Shown here piece by piece: positions 50,428 through 58,950 of a stretch of 64,000 nucleotides of DNA. A model generated the notes under the pieces. That model did no database searches and was not told the origin of the DNA. It saw nothing but the letters and a program-made list of their open reading frames with translations. Both the position numbers and the translations under genes were made by a program. Positions within the stretch are counted from its first letter, which is position 1, and the number at the start of each line of letters is the position of its first letter. Source of the stretch: an uncultured candidate division Zixibacteria bacterium (GTDB lineage: Bacteria > Zixibacteria > MSB-5A5 > GN15 > PGXB01); contig OY969724.1 in NCBI GenBank assembly GCA_963702205.1, positions 3,136,001 through 3,200,000 on the forward strand, given 5' to 3'.

Positions 50428-51819
50428 TTACCAGAAATCCTGAAAATACTTGAACAGCATAACCGTGATAAACTGCAGTGTTAAGATATAAAGAAATACC
50501 TTTCCCGTGTTATGGGAATATCTCCTGACTATCTCCGATACCGCGACGATGCACACCAGCGGTATCATGAAAATCCACAATCGGCCGACCTCGCCTTTGG
50601 TCTCACCAAAAAAAGCCATCCCCCCCAGAGCCAAAACTGTGATCATTACCGGCCAACGAACGTCTTTGAAACGCTTTGCCAATATATCTTTGACCAAATC
50701 GTACGATGGCATAAAAAACAGCACCGCTATTGGAAGACCCAGCCAGCAGAAAAACTCGATCAGATTCAGCACGCCGAATTCAAGGGCGTTGAATAGACCC
50801 GGCTGCCACGCCTTCCACGCCCGGTGATAGGCCATCGCGTTTTCGAACCGGGTAAGGGCGGAATAATTGAAAGCAGCGTAAAACAACCAGTACATTACCG
50901 CCACCCCGGCCATCGAAAGCAGTACCCCTTTCCACCAAAAGCGCCTTTTGCTGACGGCCGTCATTAGGGCTGCCGCTACCGGCCAGACCACAATCAAGGA
51001 AAACGATACAAAGGCCGCCAGATATACAAAGACCCCGCACAAACCGGCCCAGATATAGTTCGACTTCTGGCCGGCTTTCAGGCCGATAAGAACCGTCAGC
51101 ATAAATAGCATCGGATAGAGCACCTGGTCGAGGTGCAGTATGACCAACAAAACCGATGGCACAATCAGGTACAGGGTCGCAGCCATTAGCGCCGTTTCAT
51201 GATCATACAACGCCCGAGCTACCGCATACAACGGCCAGATGACCAAAAAGGCCAATAGCGGCCAGACCAGACTGATAAACATCGTGAGCTTTATCACGCG
51301 AGGTGCATATGAAGTTGAAGGCGAGATAAACTCCGTAATTCGTTGTGAGACAACGTAAAATAATAGCTGTCCCGGCGGCTTGGTGTGGGCGAATTTGATT
51401 TTGGGATTGTCGGCAAGAATGTCCTCGTAATTAGTGACAACCGGCTTGGCCTCAAGATCGGCGCTGGCCAGCTTAACGAATTCCGAGTGTCCGAAAGACA
51501 ACAGACGAGAACGAAAGCCATCGATGCCGTGGCCGTCGAGAAAACCCGTTCCGACCTGCAATATATATCCCAGCAAAATAAGAACGATTAAAACGGGCGT
51601 CTTACGCTCGCGAAATATGTACACCAGATAAAGGCCCAAAGCGGCAATCAGCGTCAGTGGCACATAGAGCCACGGGCTGCCCGGCGGCTTATCCATAAAC
51701 CGCATAAAATGCCAGAAATATCCGGGGATCATGGTAAATACCGGCAGACGAAATATAATTATAGTCCAGTAAATGCCGGCCAGCCCGGCCGCGACGATCA
51801 ACGGGGTTTTGTTTTTCAT
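50428..51819 (-). CDS. Polytopic membrane protein, probable GT-C fold glycosyltransferase
   Basis: Many TM helices; HTKPPG loop, LDQVLY, GEVGRLW.F..P. Confidence 0.6.
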   Translation of the reverse strand: MKNKTPLIVAAGLAGIYWTIIIFRLPVFTMIPGYFWHFMRFMDKPPGSPWLYVPLTLIAALGLYLVYIFRERKTPVLIVLILLGYILQVGTGFLDGHGIDGFRSRLLSFGHSEFVKLASADLEAKPVVTNYEDILADNPKIKFAHTKPPGQLLFYVVSQRITEFISPSTSYAPRVIKLTMFISLVWPLLAFLVIWPLYAVARALYDHETALMAATLYLIVPSVLLVILHLDQVLYPMLFMLTVLIGLKAGQKSNYIWAGLCGVFVYLAAFVSFSLIVVWPVAAALMTAVSKRRFWWKGVLLSMAGVAVMYWLFYAAFNYSALTRFENAMAYHRAWKAWQPGLFNALEFGVLNLIEFFCWLGLPIAVLFFMPSYDLVKDILAKRFKDVRWPVMITVLALGGMAFFGETKGEVGRLWIFMIPLVCIVAVSEIVRRYSHNTGKVFLYILTLQFITVMLFKYFQDFW

Positions 51820-51863
51820 CTAATTCTCAAATTACGGCATAAAGCCCCCTCCCGGCAACCAAT

Positions 51864-51896
51864 AAAAAAGGCGGACGCGCATCCTGCATCCGCCCT
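51864..51896 (-). terminator. Putative terminator
   Basis: GGCGGACGC..GCATCCGCC hairpin followed by a T-run on the minus strand. Confidence 0.55.
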
Positions 51897-51916
51897 AATC
51901 AAATTCAGAAATCGAG

Positions 51917-52519
51917 CTATTTCCTGGTGTACACGCCCCTCATCGAGATAAACCAGTTTTCACCGTCCATGGAATTTTCCATCATCCACTTGAATTCCTT
52001 GTCGGTTATGTCATACGTCGTAGTGCGTGTATGCATCTTTTGTCCGTTCATGAGGTCTTCGCCGCTCATGACCATCTTGCCGTCGGCGAAGGTGCCGGTA
52101 TACATCGACAGCCGGGCACCAACATTGTCGAGCCAGGTTTCCTGCCACATTTTGGTTTCACGGTCATAAGTATTCAGTCCCATCCCGTGATATTCCATGC
52201 CCATCATCATTCCGGTCATATCCATTTGCAAGGCTGCACCGTCGCAGACGAATTTGAACGATGCATCCGCCTCGTGGGATACCCAGTCGGCCTCGGGGGA
52301 CATCTTGAATTGCCCGGCGTAATGCCAGTCACCGACCATACTGGCCACTTCCTGGAGCTCCTTCGGCGGGCCCATTTCCGGCATTTGGCCTTCCTCAATC
52401 ATGCCCTCGCCCTGTTTCATGCCCTCCTTTTTCATCATTCCTTCGTCCTGGGCCACCGCGACCGACACCAGCAGGGCCATCAGCGCCAGAATCAGAATAG
52501 CTCTTCCCTTTAGATTCAT
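51917..52519 (-). CDS. Exported DUF1579-like beta-barrel protein, Met-rich
   Basis: Signal peptide; MGPP.E..L...VGDW, G.GL.TYD....W..TW.D; GGAGG SD. Confidence 0.75.
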   Translation of the reverse strand: MNLKGRAILILALMALLVSVAVAQDEGMMKKEGMKQGEGMIEEGQMPEMGPPKELQEVASMVGDWHYAGQFKMSPEADWVSHEADASFKFVCDGAALQMDMTGMMMGMEYHGMGLNTYDRETKMWQETWLDNVGARLSMYTGTFADGKMVMSGEDLMNGQKMHTRTTTYDITDKEFKWMMENSMDGENWFISMRGVYTRK

Positions 52520-52793
52520 TACATCCTCCATCAAAGGTTTTTAGGTTACGTACGGTATTTTTATATCGTGATACGATATTTCTCGTCCGATAAATTTACG
52601 CAAAGTCCCGTGAAAAAGAAATCACAATTTGAGGGTATGGAAAATCTTTCCATTTGCAAGTGATTATAAAGTATTACTTTAAGTAAAATCAATAATTATA
52701 TAAATAGCAGCGAATATAAGCGGCCAGAAATCAAATGACGATATTTTCAGATTTTCACTTCACCACCTATTTCCTGGCCATCGGAGGATACGC

Positions 52794-54698
52794 CTATCCG
52801 GTTACCGGACTGACATTGCTCGCAATGGCAAGATCCAATGGATTTTGCACTGCCGATCCCTCCGGTATCAGTGTCTTCAACTCGGCACTTAGTTCATTGA
52901 GGTCGGCGAGGAATTTCCCGCGCTGCTCCCGAGTGAATTTATCTGCCAAGTTGAAATAATATTCGATTCCCGCCTGCAGGTTATCCCTGAAATCCATATA
53001 GTACTGACCATTACGGCGGGCTAATCCGAGCGCTAATCGATCCAATTCGGTCTTCAGATAATCCATATACAGCTTTAATTCCCGGATGAACATGTGCGGA
53101 CGGTTGCCATTGGTAATAAGCGAGAAGCGACCGTATATATGATCCACCATTTCATCGAGACTGGCGACACGGGAGAAATCGGCTATTCCCGGGCCTGGGC
53201 AAATTGCGGAGGCAATTTCCGGATCGAAGCCATGCTTTATCGCGGCCCCGCCCGATAACTCATGGCATATGCAGGCTTTGGCCAGGACCTCATCGGTCAG
53301 GAATTTCTTCTGTTCCGAGGAAAAACCGGCGGCGGCGATTTCGGCAAGTTTCCTGGCCTGATATGCCCGAGAAGCCGTGCACATCGGCTGACCCGGATAA
53401 TCCGTATTATAGCGAAGATATCCTTTCGGACAGGGGCTGCCGGGATGCCCTGATTTTATCCTCGACCGGCGCGAGATTTCGCTGGCGGACGTGTGAAGAT
53501 TCCAAAATGGAACTCCCAGAGGCGAAGCAGCACTCAAAAATATATCCGATTCGTCCGCCCGTTCAAGCTTGCTGAGAAGTTCATTATCAATATTGGTTAC
53601 TTCGGGGACCAATAAGAACGGCGTCCCCCATCCGGTTCCGTCGATATCATAATAATGCCGCAGGAAGCAATCTTCCTCAAACGTGCCAATCCCCCCCTGT
53701 ACCGTAAAGCGGGTTGAGGGTAATTTTCTCGGAATCGGGCGTCCGGCCGAAGTAAGAGCCTTGATTAGAATCGTGAACGAGCGATCCAGCATCGATGAAC
53801 GCTCGGTTCGGAACGTCTCGATAATTGGCCCCATCAGGTTCCCCCTGGTCGGAAAGGCATGCCCGCCACAATTCAGACCCGACTCGACGCGATATTCGGA
53901 AACCCAAATGCCTTTCGAGGCGAGCAGCTTTCCCTGAATTTCGGCGGACCTGAAATTGCTCACCTTGAGAATGATCTTTTTTTTGATTTCTCCATCGGTC
54001 CCGATGAAGAAATCGCTAAATTGTCCCAGATTGCCGAAAAGCCTTCTATTCATTCCCGCGGAAAATACTATACTTGAATGCAGATCGGACCGAGCGTAAC
54101 CGTGCAATGCCGATACCGCGAGGGTCCGCTCGTCCGGATTTTTTACGTCTCGTCGGTATAACGTTCCATCGACCTTGGTCATAATATTTACATCTATACT
54201 GCCCGCTCGGATCGAGGAACGAAGTCTATCCTGCATTCTTTTCCGCAATTCGGGATCAGTGGTTGTCATCATGCGTCGATATTCGCGCTTGAGAGGCGCC
54301 TCGGGCAGTAATTCGAAATACCGGCAGATATCGCTGCCCGGCTCGAAGGACTCTCCGCGAAGATTTTCAACCTGCTTCACCACAATTTGATTCAGCAGAT
54401 TCAGATAAGCCGTGATACGATTTACGCGGGCATCGGGAGCATCAACATCTATCGGGCAATAGTCATGACCGAATTCGCGGCACAACTGCTTCCGCATGGA
54501 CTCGATTAATATATCGTCCCCGATTGATAAAACCGAATTGATGCCGTATCGGGCCACCCGCACCGGAGCGTCTATTGTAAACCCGGTCCCCATAACCGGA
54601 ATGTAAAAAGAGTGGGGCTGAGTAACGGTGGTGGATTTATCTTCAACGTCCTTAGTCTTTATATCTTCGGGCAGGATGTCCTCTCTCTTGCAAGCCAT
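52794..54698 (-). CDS. Conserved hypothetical protein, putative FMN-binding TIM-barrel oxidoreductase
   Basis: HSFYIPVMGTGFTID, DVNIMTKVD, ESGLNCGGHAF, VQGGIG, GWGTPFL and a C-terminal Cys cluster; GAGGTG SD. Confidence 0.7.
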   Translation of the reverse strand: MACKREDILPEDIKTKDVEDKSTTVTQPHSFYIPVMGTGFTIDAPVRVARYGINSVLSIGDDILIESMRKQLCREFGHDYCPIDVDAPDARVNRITAYLNLLNQIVVKQVENLRGESFEPGSDICRYFELLPEAPLKREYRRMMTTTDPELRKRMQDRLRSSIRAGSIDVNIMTKVDGTLYRRDVKNPDERTLAVSALHGYARSDLHSSIVFSAGMNRRLFGNLGQFSDFFIGTDGEIKKKIILKVSNFRSAEIQGKLLASKGIWVSEYRVESGLNCGGHAFPTRGNLMGPIIETFRTERSSMLDRSFTILIKALTSAGRPIPRKLPSTRFTVQGGIGTFEEDCFLRHYYDIDGTGWGTPFLLVPEVTNIDNELLSKLERADESDIFLSAASPLGVPFWNLHTSASEISRRSRIKSGHPGSPCPKGYLRYNTDYPGQPMCTASRAYQARKLAEIAAAGFSSEQKKFLTDEVLAKACICHELSGGAAIKHGFDPEIASAICPGPGIADFSRVASLDEMVDHIYGRFSLITNGNRPHMFIRELKLYMDYLKTELDRLALGLARRNGQYYMDFRDNLQAGIEYYFNLADKFTREQRGKFLADLNELSAELKTLIPEGSAVQNPLDLAIASNVSPVTG

Positions 54699-54702
54699 CA
54701 GA

Positions 54703-55272
54703 TCACCTCTTTCGTATTCCATTATATATCATGTCTATTATTACGGCGGCGTAATCCGAGGCCGCAATACCCTGGGCCTCCAGCACCCATGGCAATTCAA
54801 TCGACTGAAACGTCACCGCCGTAATATGGGCGCACAGATCAACTCTTTTCATCTGCAGTTCGCCATCGCGGATGCCCTGTTGCAATATACGTTTAATTAT
54901 ATCCTTTTCTTCTTCGAAAAACCAGCCGGCCAATTTACTAAGATAGGAATTGAAGGCTCCCCAGGAATCTTCGTTAACACCATACCTCACGACCAGTTCG
55001 CGGACTTTTGTCAGACGGGTCAGAATATATGACCGGAATTTCTCCACAGACGTCGCTTCCGCGTCAACCACCGAACCTAAAGCCACCAAAAATGTCCGAC
55101 ATTCTATTTCCACGATACGCTCGAAAATCTCCGTCTTGTTGCGATAGTGCTTGTATATGGTCGCTTTTGAGATATGGGCGGCCCTGGAGATGTCATCGGT
55201 GGTGACCTTTTTGGGTCCGAATTTCGCGAAAAGCTCTCGCGCCGAATCTAAAATTTTATCTTCTTTTAACAT
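54703..55272 (-). CDS. TetR/AcrR family transcriptional regulator
   Basis: ILDSARELF...G...VT.DDI..AA.ISKATIY.HY.NK.EI. Confidence 0.92.
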   Translation of the reverse strand: MLKEDKILDSARELFAKFGPKKVTTDDISRAAHISKATIYKHYRNKTEIFERIVEIECRTFLVALGSVVDAEATSVEKFRSYILTRLTKVRELVVRYGVNEDSWGAFNSYLSKLAGWFFEEEKDIIKRILQQGIRDGELQMKRVDLCAHITAVTFQSIELPWVLEAQGIAASDYAAVIIDMIYNGIRKR

Positions 55273-55288
55273 ATACTCAAATTTCACA

Positions 55289-55316
55289 AAAAACGTATTT
55301 TACATTATACGTTTTT
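55289..55316. promoter_or_regulatory. Inverted repeat, candidate TetR operator
   Basis: AAAAACGTAT-N8-ATACGTTTTT just upstream of tetR. Confidence 0.6.
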
Positions 55317-55437
55317 ACGTTTTTCGCGCAATACAAATCTATTGTTTTCAAGAAGAATCTTGTACCAGAAGATTGGGCATCCCGGTTGATGCCCCTCAAT
55401 AACCGGGATATTGGAAATTTATCTGAAAAATGGCCTG

Positions 55438-55737
55438 CTATCTTTTCGCCGTCAGTCTCAGTCTCTGTGGTTTCGATCCCGGTATACGTTCTATAATCCC
55501 CCGTCTTTCCATGTCAAGTTTGACCGTCGTCGTATACCAGCCGATCGACCCATCGAACGGCTCTTTCAGCACGGTCCGGACTTTGGCCGGGAGATTCTGG
55601 AAAGCGATTTCGCCGTAGCGGCCCAGCACTTCCAGAATGCACTCTTCGATTATTCCGTATTTGGCTTTATTGACCCGCACGCCTTTTTTGCCGGGCGTGA
55701 CGGTTTGTGTAAGCATGGTCTCTTTTTTATCCATCAT
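55438..55737 (-). CDS. Small conserved hypothetical protein (DUF6958-like)
   Basis: PGKKG..V..AKY, F.GSIGWY..TVKLD.E.RG.IER; GGAG SD. Confidence 0.7.
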   Translation of the reverse strand: MMDKKETMLTQTVTPGKKGVRVNKAKYGIIEECILEVLGRYGEIAFQNLPAKVRTVLKEPFDGSIGWYTTTVKLDMERRGIIERIPGSKPQRLRLTAKR

Positions 55738-55750
55738 AAATCTCCCGTAG

Positions 55751-57973
55751 TTAGTCTTCCTCGTACTGACGTTTGAGGTTTATCAAAACGTCGGGGTCGG
55801 CCAGCGTCGTGACGTCCCCCAGCACCTGGCCGGTGGCGATATCTCGTAGCAGCCGCCGCATAATTTTGCCCGAGCGAGTTTTGGGCAGATCGGGGGCGTG
55901 AATGATTTTCTCCGGGCGGGCGATGCTCCCTATTTTTTGCGCCACAAAATCCTTGAGCCGCGCCACCAGTTTGTCATCGAATTCGTACTTGCCGCCCAGC
56001 GTGACGAACGCCGCCAGGCATTTCCCCTTGAGTTCGTGCGGAATCCCGACCACGGCCGCTTCGACCACGGCGTCGTGCTCGACCAGCGCCGACTCCACTT
56101 CCATCGTCGAAATGCGGTGCCCGGCCGTGTTGATCACATCGTCGACCCGTCCCAGTATCCAGAAATATCCGTCTTCATCGACTTTGGCCCCGTCACCGGG
56201 GAAATATATACCATCCCATTTCGACCAGTACGTCTCAATAAATCTTTTACGGTCACCCCAGATACCGCGAATCATGCCCGGCCACGGTTTCGTGATGGCC
56301 AGGTACCCCCCGCCTTTCCTGATCTCTTTGCCTTTGTCGTCGAGAATTTTGGCTTCGATGCCCGGAAACGGTTTGGTCGCCGAACCCGGCTTGGTTTGGG
56401 TTACTCCCGGCAGAGGCGTTATCATGATATGCCCGGTTTCGGTCTGCCACCAGGTATCGACAATCGGGCAGTTTTCATGGCCGATATATTCGTGGTACCA
56501 TATCCACGCTTCGGGATTGATCGGCTCACCGACCGTGCCCAGCAGCCGCAGCGAACTTAAGTCGTGCTTTTTGGTCCATTCGACACCCCATTTCATGAAC
56601 GCCCGGATCGCGGTTGGGGCGGTGTAGAACACCGTCACGCCGAAATCCTCGACCATCTGCCAGAACCGGTCGCGGTCCGGCCAGTCCGGCGCGCCCTCGT
56701 ACATCACCTGGGTCGCCCCGTTGGCGGTCGGACCATACACTAAATATGAGTGCCCGGTCACCCAGCCGATATCGGCCGTACACCAGAAAACGTCGTCATC
56801 GCGAATATCGAAAACATATTTCGACGTCGCGTATACTCCGGTCAGATAACCGCCGGTTGTGTGGACTATGCCCTTCGGCTTGCCGGTCGTGCCGGAGGTG
56901 TACAGAATAAACAGCGGATGTTCGCTGTCGACATAGGTCGGCGGGCAGTTCGCGTCGGCTTCCTGCATGTGGCGATGGTACCAGTGGTCCCGGCCCTCTT
57001 TTACGCGCAGCAGGAAATCGCCGCGCTTGACGATTACGACTTTTTCGATAGTCGGGCACTGCAAAAGGGCGGTGTCGGCATCGTGTTTGAGCGGGATTAT
57101 CTGCCCGCGACGATAACCGCCGTCGGCGGTGATCAAAAGCCTGGCCCCGAGGTCATTGATACGGTCCCGCAGCGATTCCGGAGAAAAACCGCCGAACACG
57201 ACCGAATGTATCGCGCCGATTCGCGCGCAGGCCAGCGACGTGATAACCAGTTCGGGGATCATCGGAAGATATATCGCGACGCGGTCGCCCTTCTTGACGC
57301 CCAGCTTCTTGAGGACGTTGGCGAACTTGCAGACGTCGCGGTGAAGCTCGAAATAGGTCAGCGTCCGGCGGTCGCCCGGTTCGCCTTCCCAGATCAGGGC
57401 CGCTTTGTTTTTGCGACCGTTGACAAGGTGACGGTCGAGGCACGACTCCGTTATGTTCAACTTGCCGCCGTCGAACCAACGGGCATCGGGCGCTTTCCAC
57501 TTGAGGCCGGTCGTCCATTTTTTCTTCCAGACCAGCTCCGTTGCGATATTTTCCCAGTACTTGACGAAATCTTTTTTGGCCGACGAATAAAGCTGTTTGG
57601 TTCCGTTGGCGTGGCGGATGAAACCGTTGGGTGGACGGAAGGTCCGCTTTTCGGTTAACAGTGTGTCTATTGTGGCGGTTACGGCGTCTTTTTTAGGTTT
57701 GGATTTTTTGGCACCCGCCCCCGAACTGACGCTCTGCCGAGTGATTTTGCCGTTTCCGATTGCGGTTTTGCGCTCGGTTGTGACGCTTCGGCCGCTTTGA
57801 GCTTTTTTGCTGGAGCGGTTCGACTTTGCCTTTTGAACTTTTTGGTCAGCGTGGGCGGCAGACCCTTCTGGATTCAGGGGGCCTGTCCACATCTGCCCCT
57901 TGTCCAATGTGCTTTTCTGTCCGCCTTTTGCACTTGACTTTGGAACATAGCCGGTTGTTTTTTTCGTCGGCAT
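55751..57973 (-). CDS. acs: Acetyl-CoA synthetase with a Lys-rich N-terminal extension
   Basis: LYTSGTTGKPKG, WCTADIGWVTGHSY, GEPINPEAW, DTWWQTETG, PKTRSGKIMRRLL; GGAG SD before MPTKKT. Confidence 0.95.
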   Translation of the reverse strand: MPTKKTTGYVPKSSAKGGQKSTLDKGQMWTGPLNPEGSAAHADQKVQKAKSNRSSKKAQSGRSVTTERKTAIGNGKITRQSVSSGAGAKKSKPKKDAVTATIDTLLTEKRTFRPPNGFIRHANGTKQLYSSAKKDFVKYWENIATELVWKKKWTTGLKWKAPDARWFDGGKLNITESCLDRHLVNGRKNKAALIWEGEPGDRRTLTYFELHRDVCKFANVLKKLGVKKGDRVAIYLPMIPELVITSLACARIGAIHSVVFGGFSPESLRDRINDLGARLLITADGGYRRGQIIPLKHDADTALLQCPTIEKVVIVKRGDFLLRVKEGRDHWYHRHMQEADANCPPTYVDSEHPLFILYTSGTTGKPKGIVHTTGGYLTGVYATSKYVFDIRDDDVFWCTADIGWVTGHSYLVYGPTANGATQVMYEGAPDWPDRDRFWQMVEDFGVTVFYTAPTAIRAFMKWGVEWTKKHDLSSLRLLGTVGEPINPEAWIWYHEYIGHENCPIVDTWWQTETGHIMITPLPGVTQTKPGSATKPFPGIEAKILDDKGKEIRKGGGYLAITKPWPGMIRGIWGDRKRFIETYWSKWDGIYFPGDGAKVDEDGYFWILGRVDDVINTAGHRISTMEVESALVEHDAVVEAAVVGIPHELKGKCLAAFVTLGGKYEFDDKLVARLKDFVAQKIGSIARPEKIIHAPDLPKTRSGKIMRRLLRDIATGQVLGDVTTLADPDVLINLKRQYEED

Positions 57974-58089
57974 ATCTTTCTCCGATAATGATTTAATACC
58001 ATATATACGACGAAATATAGAACAAATCAGGACAAATTCAGTTCCCATTTGGGGGGTTGGTGATTTAGTGGTGTGATGGGCTGACGCAG

Positions 58090-58627
58090 CATGATTGTCA
58101 GGAGCTCGCGGCTCCGGACCTACTGGGACTCATGACTAACTGGGCCGGCAAGCAAGGACATTGTGATCGACAGACGCCCTCGTCTGTCGATTGCCAGTAA
58201 TGGCATTATAATTGGATTTTGTAATAAAGATCAGTTATGTAATCCGGCCGTTTAAGATTGATCATATTCGCGGCAGACGAAGGCGTCCGCCGCGCACAGA
58301 AATTGGGGTGTTATGGCAGACCCTACGCTTTAAGAATGATTGTCAGGAGCACACGGCTACCTATGGGACTTACTACCTAGCACAATTGCGAAAAGTGAAA
58401 AGTCGCGAAACGCCGATACTTGTAATAGCCGTCAATTAGCGTTGTTGCCGCACCCACAGACGGACGCCAGCCGAGTCCAATCCATTATGTGATCGACAGA
58501 CGCCCTCGTCTGTCGATTGTCAGTAATGGCATTATAATGGGATTTTTGAATAAAGATCAGTTATGTAATCCGGCTGTTCAAGATTGATCATACTCGCGGC
58601 AGACGAGGGCGTCTGCCGCGCACAGAA
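58090..58627. repeat. REP/REPIN-like cluster with a 140-bp direct repeat
   Basis: 58162-58301 is repeated at 58488-58627. Each unit is bounded by inverted palindromes (GTGATCGACAGACGCCCTCGTCTGTCGA and GCGGCAGACGAGGGCGTCTGCCGCGCAC). ATGATTGTCAGGAGC..CCTA..GGGACT occurs at about 58091 and 58336. Confidence 0.88.
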
Positions 58628-58883
58628 TGCGACGCGACCATTGTTGTATCTTCATGTTGATCTGTGGACGTCCGCAATTCGCAAATGGGAGCAAATCCCG
58701 CTCGATACATCAATATCCTTCACTCCCAAAAGACCTGAAGGCAAGCTCGTCTTTACGATATCGTTCTGAAAAAATTTCCGTCTCCATAACCGCCCAAAAC
58801 CCTTCAGTTGCGGGCTTTTTGGACAATCTTGTCCAATATCCAAAACAGGCACGGATATAATTCATTGACACATTTTGGGTTTC

Positions 58884-58900
58884 ACGGTATATTTTATGCA
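58884..58900 (+). promoter_or_regulatory. Possible sigma54 promoter
   Basis: ACGGTATATTTTATGCA with GG-N10-GC spacing, 50 nt upstream of the ATG at 58951; weak match. Confidence 0.25.
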
Positions 58901-58950
58901 GGTTAGCCAAATCATAATTCCTTTAAATATCCGCTTCCAAGGAGGAGGCC

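Noticed and set aside
58090..58627. CRISPR array
   Set aside because: Only two long units with conserved rather than unique cores, irregular spacing, and no cas genes.
58630..58910. Short ORFs as a RAYT/transposase remnant beside the REP cluster
   Set aside because: No HUH or other transposase motif recognised in the ORFs there.
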